In this document: piece by piece, positions 54,546 to 63,999 of the stretch
Numbering within the stretch: the first letter of the stretch is position 1
Layout of the letters: each line of letters starts with the position of its first letter
Origin: a virus
Virus record (IMG/VR): IMGVR_UViG_3300017818_000007
Coordinates: 117,868 to 181,867 of that record
DNA length: 64,000 bases
Reading direction: 5' to 3' (one strand)
The notes under the pieces: model-generated
What the model was told of the DNA's origin: nothing
What the model saw: the letters and a program-made list of their open reading frames with translations, nothing else
Databases searched by the model: none
Program-made: the position numbers and the translations under genes

Positions 54546-57074
54546 TCACCATTTTCTACATGACCAATAACGTGCTTTATGCTTTGGACCTGGAGTATCG
54601 CAGTTGTGTCTAGCACGGAAACTTTTCCTTCTTGCTGGGTTTGATTTTTTAATCTTCATGTTAGGATCACCAAAGTTAACTTTAACTACATTACCTTTTG
54701 GATTCTTAACATATACTTTAAACTTCTTAACATCGCCACGCATTGGTTTGTTTAGTTTAACTGTGCGTCCTTGGTATTCTGCTTCTTCAATGTTTTCATC
54801 GTTTTCGCCAATCCAACCAAACGCTTCATAAAATTCATCACCGTGTAATGTGACATCTGTTAAATCGTTAAACCAAATATCTTCTTCTACTTGTTCAATT
54901 GATTCTTTTACTTTTTTCTTTTTCTTTGCTGGGTGGCTGTGTTCTACAACAACACACTCTTTCATATTCGCTACTGGAATATTTCTAACAATAAATTGTG
55001 ATCCGTCTTCACGTACAAATTTAGCATCGTAGTGTGTGACTGTTCCGTCTTCACTTAATGTGTGTTCGCCATGAATAACTTCACCTTCACCAAACTTATC
55101 ATGTTTAAATGATTTAGTGCAAGGATGATAAATGTTATCACCTTCGTTTTGAATACTCTCTAATTCAAGATCTTTAAATAGTTTTTTTGCTTCATCACTA
55201 TTTGGATCAAGTTTTTTTGATTTAAAACGTTTTTCAGCCTGTGCAACCATATCTGGATCACCCTTACGTGTTTCCCCGCCTTGTGCATCTTTTGCATAAA
55301 CACCTGATTTAGGTGCAGAAGCATCAGTTGGTTTAAACATTGCTGAATCGTCACCGCTAGGTGTGTAAGGTTTAATTTCTACAGGCTTAGGATCTTTAGA
55401 AACTACTTTTTCTCTAGTACCTGAAATCATTTCCCAACCATTGCTATGATGGCTGTTTTCAAATTTATCTAATTCTTCATCAGTAGCATAAATTGTATAC
55501 TCTTTACCTTGATAACTCCATTGAGTTTTGTTCTTGTTTTTATCAATGTTAAAATTTACAGTGCCACCATTTGACTGAATACGTCTTTCACCACCAAACG
55601 GAAGTTTACCATTTGCAGGTTTTTGTTCAGGCTTTTTTCCAAATAACTTTTTTAGAAAGTCAAACTCTGTTAGATTTTCACTTTCATACATACCTTGTAA
55701 TTGTACATCAGGCATTTGATTCACTTTTGGTTTACTTGATTGTGTTGAAGAAGATGATTGCGATTGTTCAGCATCTTTTGCTAAACCAATATCACCTTTG
55801 TATCTTGTTTGGCCAGTCATACCATCTTTACCAAATGTACCTGCTTTGCCGCCCATGATGTTTACTGCTTTTTCTTCTGCTTCTTCTTTTTCAAGATCTG
55901 CTAGTTTAGCCGCGTGTGCTTTACTTTGTAATGCCTTTTCAATTTCATCGTTGTTAGCAAGATCTTGTAATGCTCTCTTGCCTCTAAAGCCAGCCGCCGC
56001 AATCATAACTTGAATGTCTACACCTGAGTTAACCATTCTTGTCATATCTTCAAATGCTTGAGCATCACCACGGTATGCTCTGTTAACAGTTAGAATTGCT
56101 TCATATGCTTCTTTCTGGTCACGCATTGGAATTGCTTGAATCTGTAATGCTAACATTTTTAATTCATGATTGATATTTCTAATGTCGCCTGCTTGTTTCC
56201 ATTCAGCAAAACTTACATCTTTAAGTGCTTCACTTCTATCAGTATAGAAGTTTCCGTCATCACTCTTACTCCAATGTTTATATTGATCGAGTGCTACCCA
56301 ACGGCTACCTACTTTTCTGTGTGTTCCTACATACTCGCCTGATCCTTGATCATAATTTGCTGGATTTCCTTGGAAGTCAGCATCAAAGTCTTTTCCGTAT
56401 GAGTATGCTGGTAAACCAAATCCCATGTCTTTTAATCTGTCAGCCATGTATCTGTCACGGACTGAACCTGTCCAAATAGGACGACCATCAACAGCCATAG
56501 GAACATAACCTTTAGTACCATTTGCATATTCAATTGCTTGATACATTCCGCCGCCACGTTTCTTTGGCTCTTCATCCCAAAGGATTTTAAATTCTTCTTC
56601 TAGATTTTGTTCTTCAATTGCCTTAGCAATATTACTGTGTGATTGTGATTCAAATTCATCATCGTCAGAGTCATCATATGGAACTTCTGAATCTGGATCT
56701 TTTTCTAATGGAATATCTTTATGTCTTTCCATCGCCGCTTGTACAACTTTAACTAAGCCTGGACCAATTTGCTTGTCATTGTGTATCATGTTGCTAACGT
56801 TGGATAAAAACAACGAAAGGTCGTCGTTATTTTTAATTAGTTGTGATAGTTCTGATAGTTTGTACGCAATTTCTGCTTTAGCATCTGTAAATTTTTGAAT
56901 ATTAGCACTGCTGTATTTGATCTGTGATTTGCTTGGTTCAGCAAATACAGCGTCTTGCAAATCAGCAATTACTTCTGATGCTGTCTTATATTGTTTGCGT
57001 TTAACTTCTTTTTTGGCTTCTGTTTGAACGCCATCAATTTTGTTTATTAATTTTCTAAAGTCCATAGTGTCCAT
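54546..57074 (-). CDS. Large modular putative internal head protein (842 aa)
   Basis: Multiple modules separated by Glu-rich linkers; C-terminal EAEYQGR...FRARHNC...YWSCRKW basic module. Confidence 0.6.
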   Translation of the reverse strand: MDTMDFRKLINKIDGVQTEAKKEVKRKQYKTASEVIADLQDAVFAEPSKSQIKYSSANIQKFTDAKAEIAYKLSELSQLIKNNDDLSLFLSNVSNMIHNDKQIGPGLVKVVQAAMERHKDIPLEKDPDSEVPYDDSDDDEFESQSHSNIAKAIEEQNLEEEFKILWDEEPKKRGGGMYQAIEYANGTKGYVPMAVDGRPIWTGSVRDRYMADRLKDMGFGLPAYSYGKDFDADFQGNPANYDQGSGEYVGTHRKVGSRWVALDQYKHWSKSDDGNFYTDRSEALKDVSFAEWKQAGDIRNINHELKMLALQIQAIPMRDQKEAYEAILTVNRAYRGDAQAFEDMTRMVNSGVDIQVMIAAAGFRGKRALQDLANNDEIEKALQSKAHAAKLADLEKEEAEEKAVNIMGGKAGTFGKDGMTGQTRYKGDIGLAKDAEQSQSSSSTQSSKPKVNQMPDVQLQGMYESENLTEFDFLKKLFGKKPEQKPANGKLPFGGERRIQSNGGTVNFNIDKNKNKTQWSYQGKEYTIYATDEELDKFENSHHSNGWEMISGTREKVVSKDPKPVEIKPYTPSGDDSAMFKPTDASAPKSGVYAKDAQGGETRKGDPDMVAQAEKRFKSKKLDPNSDEAKKLFKDLELESIQNEGDNIYHPCTKSFKHDKFGEGEVIHGEHTLSEDGTVTHYDAKFVREDGSQFIVRNIPVANMKECVVVEHSHPAKKKKKVKESIEQVEEDIWFNDLTDVTLHGDEFYEAFGWIGENDENIEEAEYQGRTVKLNKPMRGDVKKFKVYVKNPKGNVVKVNFGDPNMKIKKSNPARRKSFRARHNCDTPGPKHKARYWSCRKW

Positions 57075-57112
57075 ATTATAATACTCCTACTGAAGTATTT
57101 ATGCAAGAGGAC

Positions 57113-57349
57113 TTATCTTCGAAAGGGTTTGATTTCTGTGATTTCTGGTGTGTTTGCTGTGAATTCTAATCCAGCCATGTGACCTACATATAGGTCTTTA
57201 TTTTTGTACGATAAACGCACTTTTACGGTGTTTATAATAACATCTATGTACATTTTCTCTACATAGCGATCTAAGTATGCTTGTACTGTTTGACCATTAT
57301 CTGTACAATTAACTTCTATTTTTTCAGGTAGGTGTTGATTATTTTGCAT
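57113..57349 (-). CDS. Hypothetical protein (78 aa)
   Basis: AAGGA RBS. Confidence 0.55.
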   Translation of the reverse strand: MQNNQHLPEKIEVNCTDNGQTVQAYLDRYVEKMYIDVIINTVKVRLSYKNKDLYVGHMAGLEFTANTPEITEIKPFRR

Positions 57350-57371
57350 ATTGATCCTTTATAAAGCAGTA

Positions 57372-57391
57372 AAGGCCCCCGAAGGGGCCTT
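57372..57391 (-). terminator. Intrinsic terminator
   Basis: AAGGCCCC-TTCG-GGGGCCTT hairpin followed by TACTGCTTT. Confidence 0.75.
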
Positions 57392-57406
57392 ATACCTCAA
57401 GTTTAA

Positions 57407-57676
57407 TTAAGCAACTAGGCCTTTTGCCATTGCTTTATAACCAGCCGCGATAACCGCTCTGCTAGCCGTACCTAAACGGTACTTCTTGTAAACTCTACCT
57501 TTGCTATCTTTAACAGTGTTAAGATATACTGGGAAACCGTTGAAACGTAGTGCTTGAATTACTGCACCTGGGTTTCCTGCACCAAATCTTGATTTGATTT
57601 GAGCCGCAGTTAGTTCATTACCATTTTGTAATGAAGCAAGTACTTTAGCCTGGATAGTTTTTGAATTGTTAGTCAT
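57407..57676 (-). CDS. Small winged-helix/HTH DNA-binding protein
   Basis: KVL..L..G.ELT..QI...FG..NP.A.I..LR..G; AGGAG RBS before ATG 57676. Confidence 0.65.
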   Translation of the reverse strand: MTNNSKTIQAKVLASLQNGNELTAAQIKSRFGAGNPGAVIQALRFNGFPVYLNTVKDSKGRVYKKYRLGTASRAVIAAGYKAMAKGLVA

Positions 57677-57734
57677 GTTTTCTCCTATTGACATTTAATA
57701 AAAAACACTCACAATTAAGTGTTTTACATATATT

Positions 57735-57763
57735 ATAATAGCAAAGAATGTGTATAAAGTCAA
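57735..57763 (-). promoter_or_regulatory. sigma70-type promoter for the HTH gene
   Basis: TTGACT-17 nt-TATTAT with TG extension. Confidence 0.7.
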
Positions 57764-57797
57764 CTACAACTGTTGGTTAATTTTACCAAAATGACTA

Positions 57798-58094
57798 TTA
57801 TTGGAGATTATAGCCGTTTCCGCTAACTTCAATTTCGTAATCACCAGTAATAGTTTTGGAAATAATGTCAGCCATGTCGTCTGCTTTTTGGTTGCTTAGT
57901 TCTTGTGAAAGAGCAACTTCGTAAACGTAATGTCCTTCAGTTGTTTTATAAGATTCAAAAATGATTTTTTGGTCTTCTGCAGATTCTAACAAACACTCGT
58001 CAAGTGTATGTGACATAGCACCTGCGAATATTCTAATAAAGTTTTCGCCTTGATCTTCGTTAAAGATAAGCCTTACAAAATGTTGTTCACTCAT
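57798..58094 (-). CDS. Hypothetical protein (98 aa)
   Basis: TAATG-coupled ORF. Confidence 0.5.
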   Translation of the reverse strand: MSEQHFVRLIFNEDQGENFIRIFAGAMSHTLDECLLESAEDQKIIFESYKTTEGHYVYEVALSQELSNQKADDMADIISKTITGDYEIEVSGNGYNLQ

Positions 58095-58486
58095 TAGTAA
58101 TTCACCCTTATATGATTAACTGTTCCATCTGTAAAATTAGAAATAACTGCTCTTAGCCAAACAAAATTACCTGTAAAATTGTACATATAAGAGCCTGTTC
58201 TGTTTACAGTACTATCGCTAGGATCGGCTGTATGTTCCGTTCCTGATACATCAAACCAATCGTCGCTGGTAGGTTCAGATGCTAAAGTTGCTTCAATTTT
58301 AACTGTTCCGTAAAACCCGTCAACTTTGATTTCGTATGTATGTACTCCGTCACCGCCTTTGTAGTAGCCGTCGCCTTTTACTTTAGCACTGGTGTATGTT
58401 TCAACCGTGCTATCGCCTGGGTGATCAACTTGGGCAGTTTCTGCACTGTTGATTGTAAACTGAAAATTTGTACTTTGTTCTGGCAT
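58094..58486 (-). CDS. Hypothetical beta-rich protein (130 aa)
   Basis: Intact ORF. Confidence 0.55.
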   Translation of the reverse strand: MPEQSTNFQFTINSAETAQVDHPGDSTVETYTSAKVKGDGYYKGGDGVHTYEIKVDGFYGTVKIEATLASEPTSDDWFDVSGTEHTADPSDSTVNRTGSYMYNFTGNFVWLRAVISNFTDGTVNHIRVNY

Positions 58487-58497
58487 AGTACTTTTAT

Positions 58498-58782
58498 TTA
58501 TTTGATTTTGATTTTATATGCCTGGGCCATTCTAGCAATTTCCATGCCCTCAATTAGATTAATATCACTGTAATTTACTTTATATAAGTGATCTTTACCA
58601 GCATCACAGCGATCCCAACCTTTTGCAGATGTATGACCTAAGTTTCCAATCAAAACTTGCTTTTGGATTCTAATTGGTTGACCACCTAATCCACTTGCTG
58701 TCACAACAGCATGAACATTTGTTCCTTCGGTAATAACGTTTCGTTTAATTAGTTCTCGTACTATGTTTTCTTTTTGCATCAA
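58498..58782 (-). CDS. Hypothetical protein (94 aa)
   Basis: Coupled ORF with AAGGA RBS. Confidence 0.5.
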   Translation of the reverse strand: MMQKENIVRELIKRNVITEGTNVHAVVTASGLGGQPIRIQKQVLIGNLGHTSAKGWDRCDAGKDHLYKVNYSDINLIEGMEIARMAQAYKIKIK

Positions 58783-59510
58783 AGTTCCTTTCTTAGTTTG
58801 AATTCTGTGATGCTTTTAACCGCATCGCTTAGATACATTTGTAATAATAACATAATATCTTTATTTGTCGAGTATAAAAATTTACCATTTAAATCATACC
58901 CACCGTTTTTGATTGAATTTAATGTTATATCAGTAATTTCCAAATCAGGATAATTTTTAATCCAATCTTTAAATCCTTGTCTGACATCACTGCTTAAGAA
59001 TTTATTTCTTAAATTAATACGATAGCGATATTTGCCGTGCGGATAATTGTTAACAATTTCATGTGTAGGATTATTCAACAAGTAAGTTCCGTGTTTTTCA
59101 TCTGTAGGCCATGAAATATCTACTACAATATCTTTAAACTGTTTACAAATATCATCAAACAAATCTTTATCATTTAGATAAAATCCGCAATGACTTGTTT
59201 CCAAACGCATTGTAAATTCTGTATTTTGAGAATACAGTTTTTCACGCATTTGCATAATCTTGTATATTGTAAATCTATTTTCCCACATATCTTTAGGACG
59301 GGTTTGGTCCCATCTATTTTTAAGAGTATTTCCGCCTTTGGCTAAAAACTCGTTAAAATTTTCAGATTTAGTTAATGCAGAAAAAACTTTGTCTTTGGGA
59401 TATCTTATAAAAGCAATGCGTGGGCAATACACAGTTGCTTTGTAAAGGTATTTGTTAAAGAACAGTTTATTCGTGTGTTGTGCTTTCAACGTCTTGTTCC
59501 TTGTGTTCAA
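58779..59510 (-). CDS. Hypothetical protein (243 aa; true start may be TTG at 59489)
   Basis: Intact ORF overlapping the clpA 3' end. Confidence 0.55.
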   Translation of the reverse strand: MNTRNKTLKAQHTNKLFFNKYLYKATVYCPRIAFIRYPKDKVFSALTKSENFNEFLAKGGNTLKNRWDQTRPKDMWENRFTIYKIMQMREKLYSQNTEFTMRLETSHCGFYLNDKDLFDDICKQFKDIVVDISWPTDEKHGTYLLNNPTHEIVNNYPHGKYRYRINLRNKFLSSDVRQGFKDWIKNYPDLEITDITLNSIKNGGYDLNGKFLYSTNKDIMLLLQMYLSDAVKSITEFKLRKEL

Positions 59511-61737
59511 GTGTGAAGTTTTCTACATTCAATTTAATTTCTCCATCAACGTAGTCAACTGTGACTTTACCCCCACTTACAAGATCGCCAAATAAAACTT
59601 CTTTAGACATTGGCTTTTTAATACTTTGATCAATAACACGTTGTAATGGTCTTGCACCCATTTTACGATTAAATCCTTTTTTGATCAAATGATCTTTTGC
59701 CGCATCTGTTAGAATAATATAAATTCCTTTGTCTTTAACAAGGTCGTTTGTTTCTTTAATAAACTTATCAACAATAAGTCCTGAAGTTCTTTTATCAAGT
59801 TTTCCAAACTTAATAATGCCATCAAGTCTATTACGAAACTCTGGTGCAAAGAAATCATTTACTGCATCATCATCTTCGCCTTCACGTTCGAGGCTACCAA
59901 AACCAACGCCGTTCTTTTCCATATCTCTAGCACCTAAGTTAGATGTCATAATAACAACAGCATTACGAGCATCTGCTTTTTTACCATTTGAACCTGTGAC
60001 AAATCCATTGTCCATAAGTCCTAGTAATACATTAGAAACATCTCTATGTGCTTTTTCAATTTCATCTAACAGTAAAATACAGTTAGGATGTTCTTGCAAT
60101 TTAGTAATAAGTTGACCAGCGTCTTCTTCAAAGCCTACATAGCCTGGAGGTGCACCAATAAACTTAGCAACAGAATGTTTTTCTTGAAACTCACTCATAT
60201 CAAAACGTACAAGTTGTGTTCCCATTTCTTTGGCTAAAACTTTTGCTGTTTCTGTTTTACCACAACCAGTTGGCCCTACAAACAAGAACGAGCCGACAGG
60301 CTTGTTAAGCGATTTCAAACCTGCTTGAGCAATATAAATTTTGTCAAGCAAACTATCAATTGCTTCGTCTTGTCCAAATACTTGCGTTTTCATACCACCT
60401 TCAAGGTCACGCATATTTTCACTGTCTTTTGCCGCAACTTGTTCTAAAGGTAATCCAGTCATTTTAGAAATTTCAAATACAATTTCGTCGTGATCAACTG
60501 TTCCTTCTTTTTTGTCTAGTATTTTAAATCTAGCACCAGCACGGTCAATAACATCAATTGCTTTGTCTGGCAACTTTTTATCAGCCATATACTTTACAGA
60601 ATACTTAACAGCATTTTCAATTGCTTTTTGTGTAATCTTAACATTGTGATGTTTTTCGTAATATTTCTTAATACCTTTAAGAATATCAATTGAAGTTTCT
60701 TCATCTGGCTCGTCAACTGTGACACGTTGGAACCTACGCATCAATGCACGATCCTTTTCAAAGTGTTTACGGAATTCTTCCCAAGTAGTTGAAGCAACAA
60801 CTTTAATTGTTCCTTTACTTAATGCAGGCTTTAGCATATTAGCCATATCATTTGCTTGTCCTTGGCCACCAGCACCTGCACCACTCATCATGTGTGCTTC
60901 GTCAATAAACAGAATTGAATTCTTTTTCTTTTCAAGTGCATTAATGACCATTTTAAGACGTTCTTCAAAGTCACCTCTGTACTTGCTACCTGCTACTAGA
61001 GCACCAATGTCAAGAGCATAAACAGTACTATCCTTAATAAACTCTGGTACATTATCATTTACGATTTCAACCGCAAGTCCTTCAGCAATAGCAGTTTTAC
61101 CTACGCCAGGATCACCAACCAACATTACATTTGCTTTTTGTCTACGTGCAAGGATTAGTACAGTTTCTTCAATTTCTTTGCCTCGACCAATTACAGGATC
61201 AATCTTACCTGCTCTTGCTTTTGCTGTAAGATTTGTACAGAACTGACTAATTAGTCTTTCTAGTTGACTCTTATTATATTGTTCACTAGCCGCTTCGCCA
61301 ATAATTGCTTCGGTCTCAATAAAGTTGCTAAACTTATCTTTATCAATGTTGTACTTTTTCATTACGAAAGCACTAAATGATTTCTTTTCGTTGAGTATCG
61401 AAAGGAATACGTCACTTGGACTAATAGTAGTTCTACCACTAAACAATGTTTGTGTAAATGCACGATTTAATACACGTTCTAATGCTTGTGTTTTTGATGG
61501 GCGACCTTTACGTGTTGGATTAACAATTTCACCTAGTTTAGTTCCAATGTAATCTGAAAGGTCTTTACTAAGTTCGTCAATGTTAGCACCAAATTCTTCT
61601 AGTACCTGTTTAAAATCTTCATTCAATACTAGAGCATATGCAAAGTGTTCGACAGTCACATATTCGTGTTTTGCTTCTTGGGCAAGTTTAATTGCTTTTT
61701 CAAATATTACTTCTAACTGTGCATCAGGTTCAAGCAT
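59467..61737 (-). CDS. clpA: ClpA-type Hsp100 AAA+ unfoldase
   Basis: Clp N-domain, two Walker A motifs (GDPGVGKT, GPTGCGKT), Walker B motifs, GYVG pore loop, VGF loop, GARPL. Confidence 0.93.
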   Translation of the reverse strand: MLEPDAQLEVIFEKAIKLAQEAKHEYVTVEHFAYALVLNEDFKQVLEEFGANIDELSKDLSDYIGTKLGEIVNPTRKGRPSKTQALERVLNRAFTQTLFSGRTTISPSDVFLSILNEKKSFSAFVMKKYNIDKDKFSNFIETEAIIGEAASEQYNKSQLERLISQFCTNLTAKARAGKIDPVIGRGKEIEETVLILARRQKANVMLVGDPGVGKTAIAEGLAVEIVNDNVPEFIKDSTVYALDIGALVAGSKYRGDFEERLKMVINALEKKKNSILFIDEAHMMSGAGAGGQGQANDMANMLKPALSKGTIKVVASTTWEEFRKHFEKDRALMRRFQRVTVDEPDEETSIDILKGIKKYYEKHHNVKITQKAIENAVKYSVKYMADKKLPDKAIDVIDRAGARFKILDKKEGTVDHDEIVFEISKMTGLPLEQVAAKDSENMRDLEGGMKTQVFGQDEAIDSLLDKIYIAQAGLKSLNKPVGSFLFVGPTGCGKTETAKVLAKEMGTQLVRFDMSEFQEKHSVAKFIGAPPGYVGFEEDAGQLITKLQEHPNCILLLDEIEKAHRDVSNVLLGLMDNGFVTGSNGKKADARNAVVIMTSNLGARDMEKNGVGFGSLEREGEDDDAVNDFFAPEFRNRLDGIIKFGKLDKRTSGLIVDKFIKETNDLVKDKGIYIILTDAAKDHLIKKGFNRKMGARPLQRVIDQSIKKPMSKEVLFGDLVSGGKVTVDYVDGEIKLNVENFTLEHKEQDVESTTHE

Positions 61738-62254
61738 AGTATTGCATTCCTTTTGATAATTTTTGTTCTAATTTTTTAGCCTTCTTAACAGCCATGTCCC
61801 ATTTAAGTTTACTTGTTCTATCTTTATATGTAATACCTAACAAATGATCTAGTTCATGTAGATAGCATCTAGCATCGTAGTCTTCAATTCTACCCATTTG
61901 CTTTTCACCTTTTTCATTATAGAACTCTGCAACGATCCACTTAGGTCTACGCAGTTGAACAATAATATTAGGAAAACTTAAACACCCTTCGTAATCTAAA
62001 ACAGTTTCTTCACTTGCTTGTAATACTTTAGGGTTAACAAAAATAGCACTTTTATCAGGAACGTGTTTACTACCCATAACAAATAATTGTGCATCAAGAC
62101 CTACTTGATTTGCACTTAAACCAACACCGTCTTTTTCGTACATAATTTCCAACATTTGTTTTTTAGTTTCTACTAAATCAAATGGCGGATTTTCAAAATC
62201 AAATTCTTTAACTTGTTTATTTAAAAACTCGTCTGGATAATAAATTAAGTTCAT
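61730..62254 (-). CDS. def: Peptide deformylase
   Basis: GVGLSANQ, EGCLS and HELDH motifs. Confidence 0.95.
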   Translation of the reverse strand: MNLIYYPDEFLNKQVKEFDFENPPFDLVETKKQMLEIMYEKDGVGLSANQVGLDAQLFVMGSKHVPDKSAIFVNPKVLQASEETVLDYEGCLSFPNIIVQLRRPKWIVAEFYNEKGEKQMGRIEDYDARCYLHELDHLLGITYKDRTSKLKWDMAVKKAKKLEQKLSKGMQYYA

Positions 62255-62255
62255 A

Positions 62256-63113
62256 TTATTTTAAGTTTCCCTTTATTTTAGTTATCATATCTATCTGGTC
62301 ATCAGTTAGTTCTTTTGGTATAGAAGCCTTTACTTTTACGTAAAGATTTCCTTGATGTGGACCACCGTTTACATCAGGCATACCAAGTCCTTTCATACTA
62401 AACATTGTATCAGGCTGTGTACCTGGACGTATTGATAAACTGTAAGTATGACCATCTAGGTGTTTTATGTTTACCTTAGTACCTAGTATAAGGTCAAAGA
62501 CATCAACTGTCAAGTCCTTTTGAAGATCAAAACCATCACGTCGATAGCCTTGATAATCTCCAATTTGAATAGTAATATGAAGATCTCCCGGTGGAACACC
62601 TTTTATACTACTATCACCCAAACCACGTAGTCTTATAGTTTGTCCGTTATCAACACCTTTTGGTATTTTAACGTCAATTGTTTTTGAACCACCATTACTT
62701 AATGGAAACTGTACAGTGACATCACCGCCATTAAATGCTTGTGTTAAGGTAATTCTTAATCCAGTCCTTACGTTGCTATTTCTGTTTTGTCTACGTCTTT
62801 GGAATCCACCTGGACCAAAAATAATATCTTCACCTTCAAATCCACCCCCAAACATCTGTGAAAACATATCTTGGAAGTTTCCTGTGTTAAATCCATATTG
62901 ACCTTGTTGTTGTGGATCAGAAGTTCCAAACTGATCGTACATTGCTTTCTTTTCTGGATCTGTTAATGTTTGGTAAGCCTCGTTTAATTCAGTAAACATT
63001 TTATGATCACCGCCTTTGTCAGGATGGTGCTTTGCCGCTAGTTTACGGAATGCAGTTTTAATTTCTTTTTCGGAGGCATTACGAGAAACACCTAAACGTT
63101 CATAATAGTCCAT
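62256..63113 (-). CDS. dnaJ: DnaJ/CbpA-type co-chaperone (no zinc finger)
   Basis: J domain with HPD, G/F-rich linker, C-terminal domain with GDL motif. Confidence 0.92.
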   Translation of the reverse strand: MDYYERLGVSRNASEKEIKTAFRKLAAKHHPDKGGDHKMFTELNEAYQTLTDPEKKAMYDQFGTSDPQQQGQYGFNTGNFQDMFSQMFGGGFEGEDIIFGPGGFQRRRQNRNSNVRTGLRITLTQAFNGGDVTVQFPLSNGGSKTIDVKIPKGVDNGQTIRLRGLGDSSIKGVPPGDLHITIQIGDYQGYRRDGFDLQKDLTVDVFDLILGTKVNIKHLDGHTYSLSIRPGTQPDTMFSMKGLGMPDVNGGPHQGNLYVKVKASIPKELTDDQIDMITKIKGNLK

Positions 63114-63119
63114 ATTAGT

Positions 63120-63148
63120 ATTATATACTTAGTTTAGGTGTTTGTCAA
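63120..63148 (-). promoter_or_regulatory. Consensus sigma70 promoter for dnaJ-def-clpA
   Basis: TTGACA-17 nt-TATAAT. Confidence 0.8.
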
Positions 63149-63151
63149 GTA

Positions 63152-63517
63152 TTACTTGTCAGACTTTTTACTTGATCCAGTGTATAAACCAAACCAAGCC
63201 GCACCAGCACCAACTACGATACTAACCAAACCTGATTGTTCCATAGTAGGATTTGGAAGAGCCATATACCAAACTACAACTTTGTATAGTAAAATAATAT
63301 ATGTTGAAATAAAGAATCTTGGAAAAATTCTCCAACTATCAACAGCACGGGCCATATGAATCCATTTTGCGTATGGATTAACACCTAAATCTTTTGCTGA
63401 AGCATCAACATCAAGTTCTAAGTTAATTTTACGTTTTGTTGTATCAGAACCAACTTTTACATCAACAGTTGCATTGCCGTCAGCAATTTTTTTCTTTTCA
63501 GTAGCAAGATCGCTCAT
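63152..63517 (-). CDS. Two-TM membrane protein (holin-like candidate)
   Basis: WRIFPR followed by two hydrophobic helices and a short basic C-terminus; next to lipoprotein genes. Confidence 0.5.
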   Translation of the reverse strand: MSDLATEKKKIADGNATVDVKVGSDTTKRKINLELDVDASAKDLGVNPYAKWIHMARAVDSWRIFPRFFISTYIILLYKVVVWYMALPNPTMEQSGLVSIVVGAGAAWFGLYTGSSKKSDK

Positions 63518-63548
63518 TATGTTCCCCTCTAAATTATATGTGTATTTA

Positions 63549-63713
63549 TTAAAAACTACAACTAATCTCGCCCCGAGGAGTTATTTTTTCTTGGATTGTT
63601 TCACCCTTGTTAATGTCTATATCAGCGCCAGGTTTAGCGGTACAAGTAGATTTAGCAGAACAACTACTTAGGATCAGAGCCGTCAGTAGTAGAATCGCCT
63701 TCGTAATATTCAC
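63549..63713 (-). CDS. Small lipoprotein (54 aa, not in the ORF track)
   Basis: GTG start; MNITKAILLLTALILSSC signal peptide with LSSC lipobox; overlaps the upstream gene's 3' end in another frame. Confidence 0.65.
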   Translation of the reverse strand: MNITKAILLLTALILSSCSAKSTCTAKPGADIDINKGETIQEKITPRGEISCSF

Positions 63714-63999
63714 GATACTTCTCAATTATTAGTTGTTGCTTAATCATGTATGCACGTATTTGTGCAAAGTTTTTAGCAAGTGTTTCGTAGTCGTCATCGC
63801 TTAAACCAAACAGCACAGGATCTTTACCTTGCTCTTTCATTTTAGCAAACACTTCTTCTGCGTTCTCACTATGGATAATAATGAACTTTAGTTCTTCCAT
63901 TTTTGGAGTCGCAGGATTCTCTAGATTCAGAGGTGCTCTTTTAACCTCAGTCTTGAAAATATCTAACTTGGATACCGTACTACAACTAGTAAGGAACGT
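63664..63999 (-). CDS. Lipoprotein, o-spanin (Rz1/PseT.2)-like; start lies beyond the window
   Basis: Frame is open to the window edge: ...TFLTSCSTVSK... with LTSC lipobox, Pro-rich linker and helical C-terminus. Confidence 0.6.
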   Translation of the reverse strand, partial: TFLTSCSTVSKLDIFKTEVKRAPLNLENPATPKMEELKFIIIHSENAEEVFAKMKEQGKDPVLFGLSDDDYETLAKNFAQIRAYMIKQQLIIEKYREYYEGDSTTDGSDPK

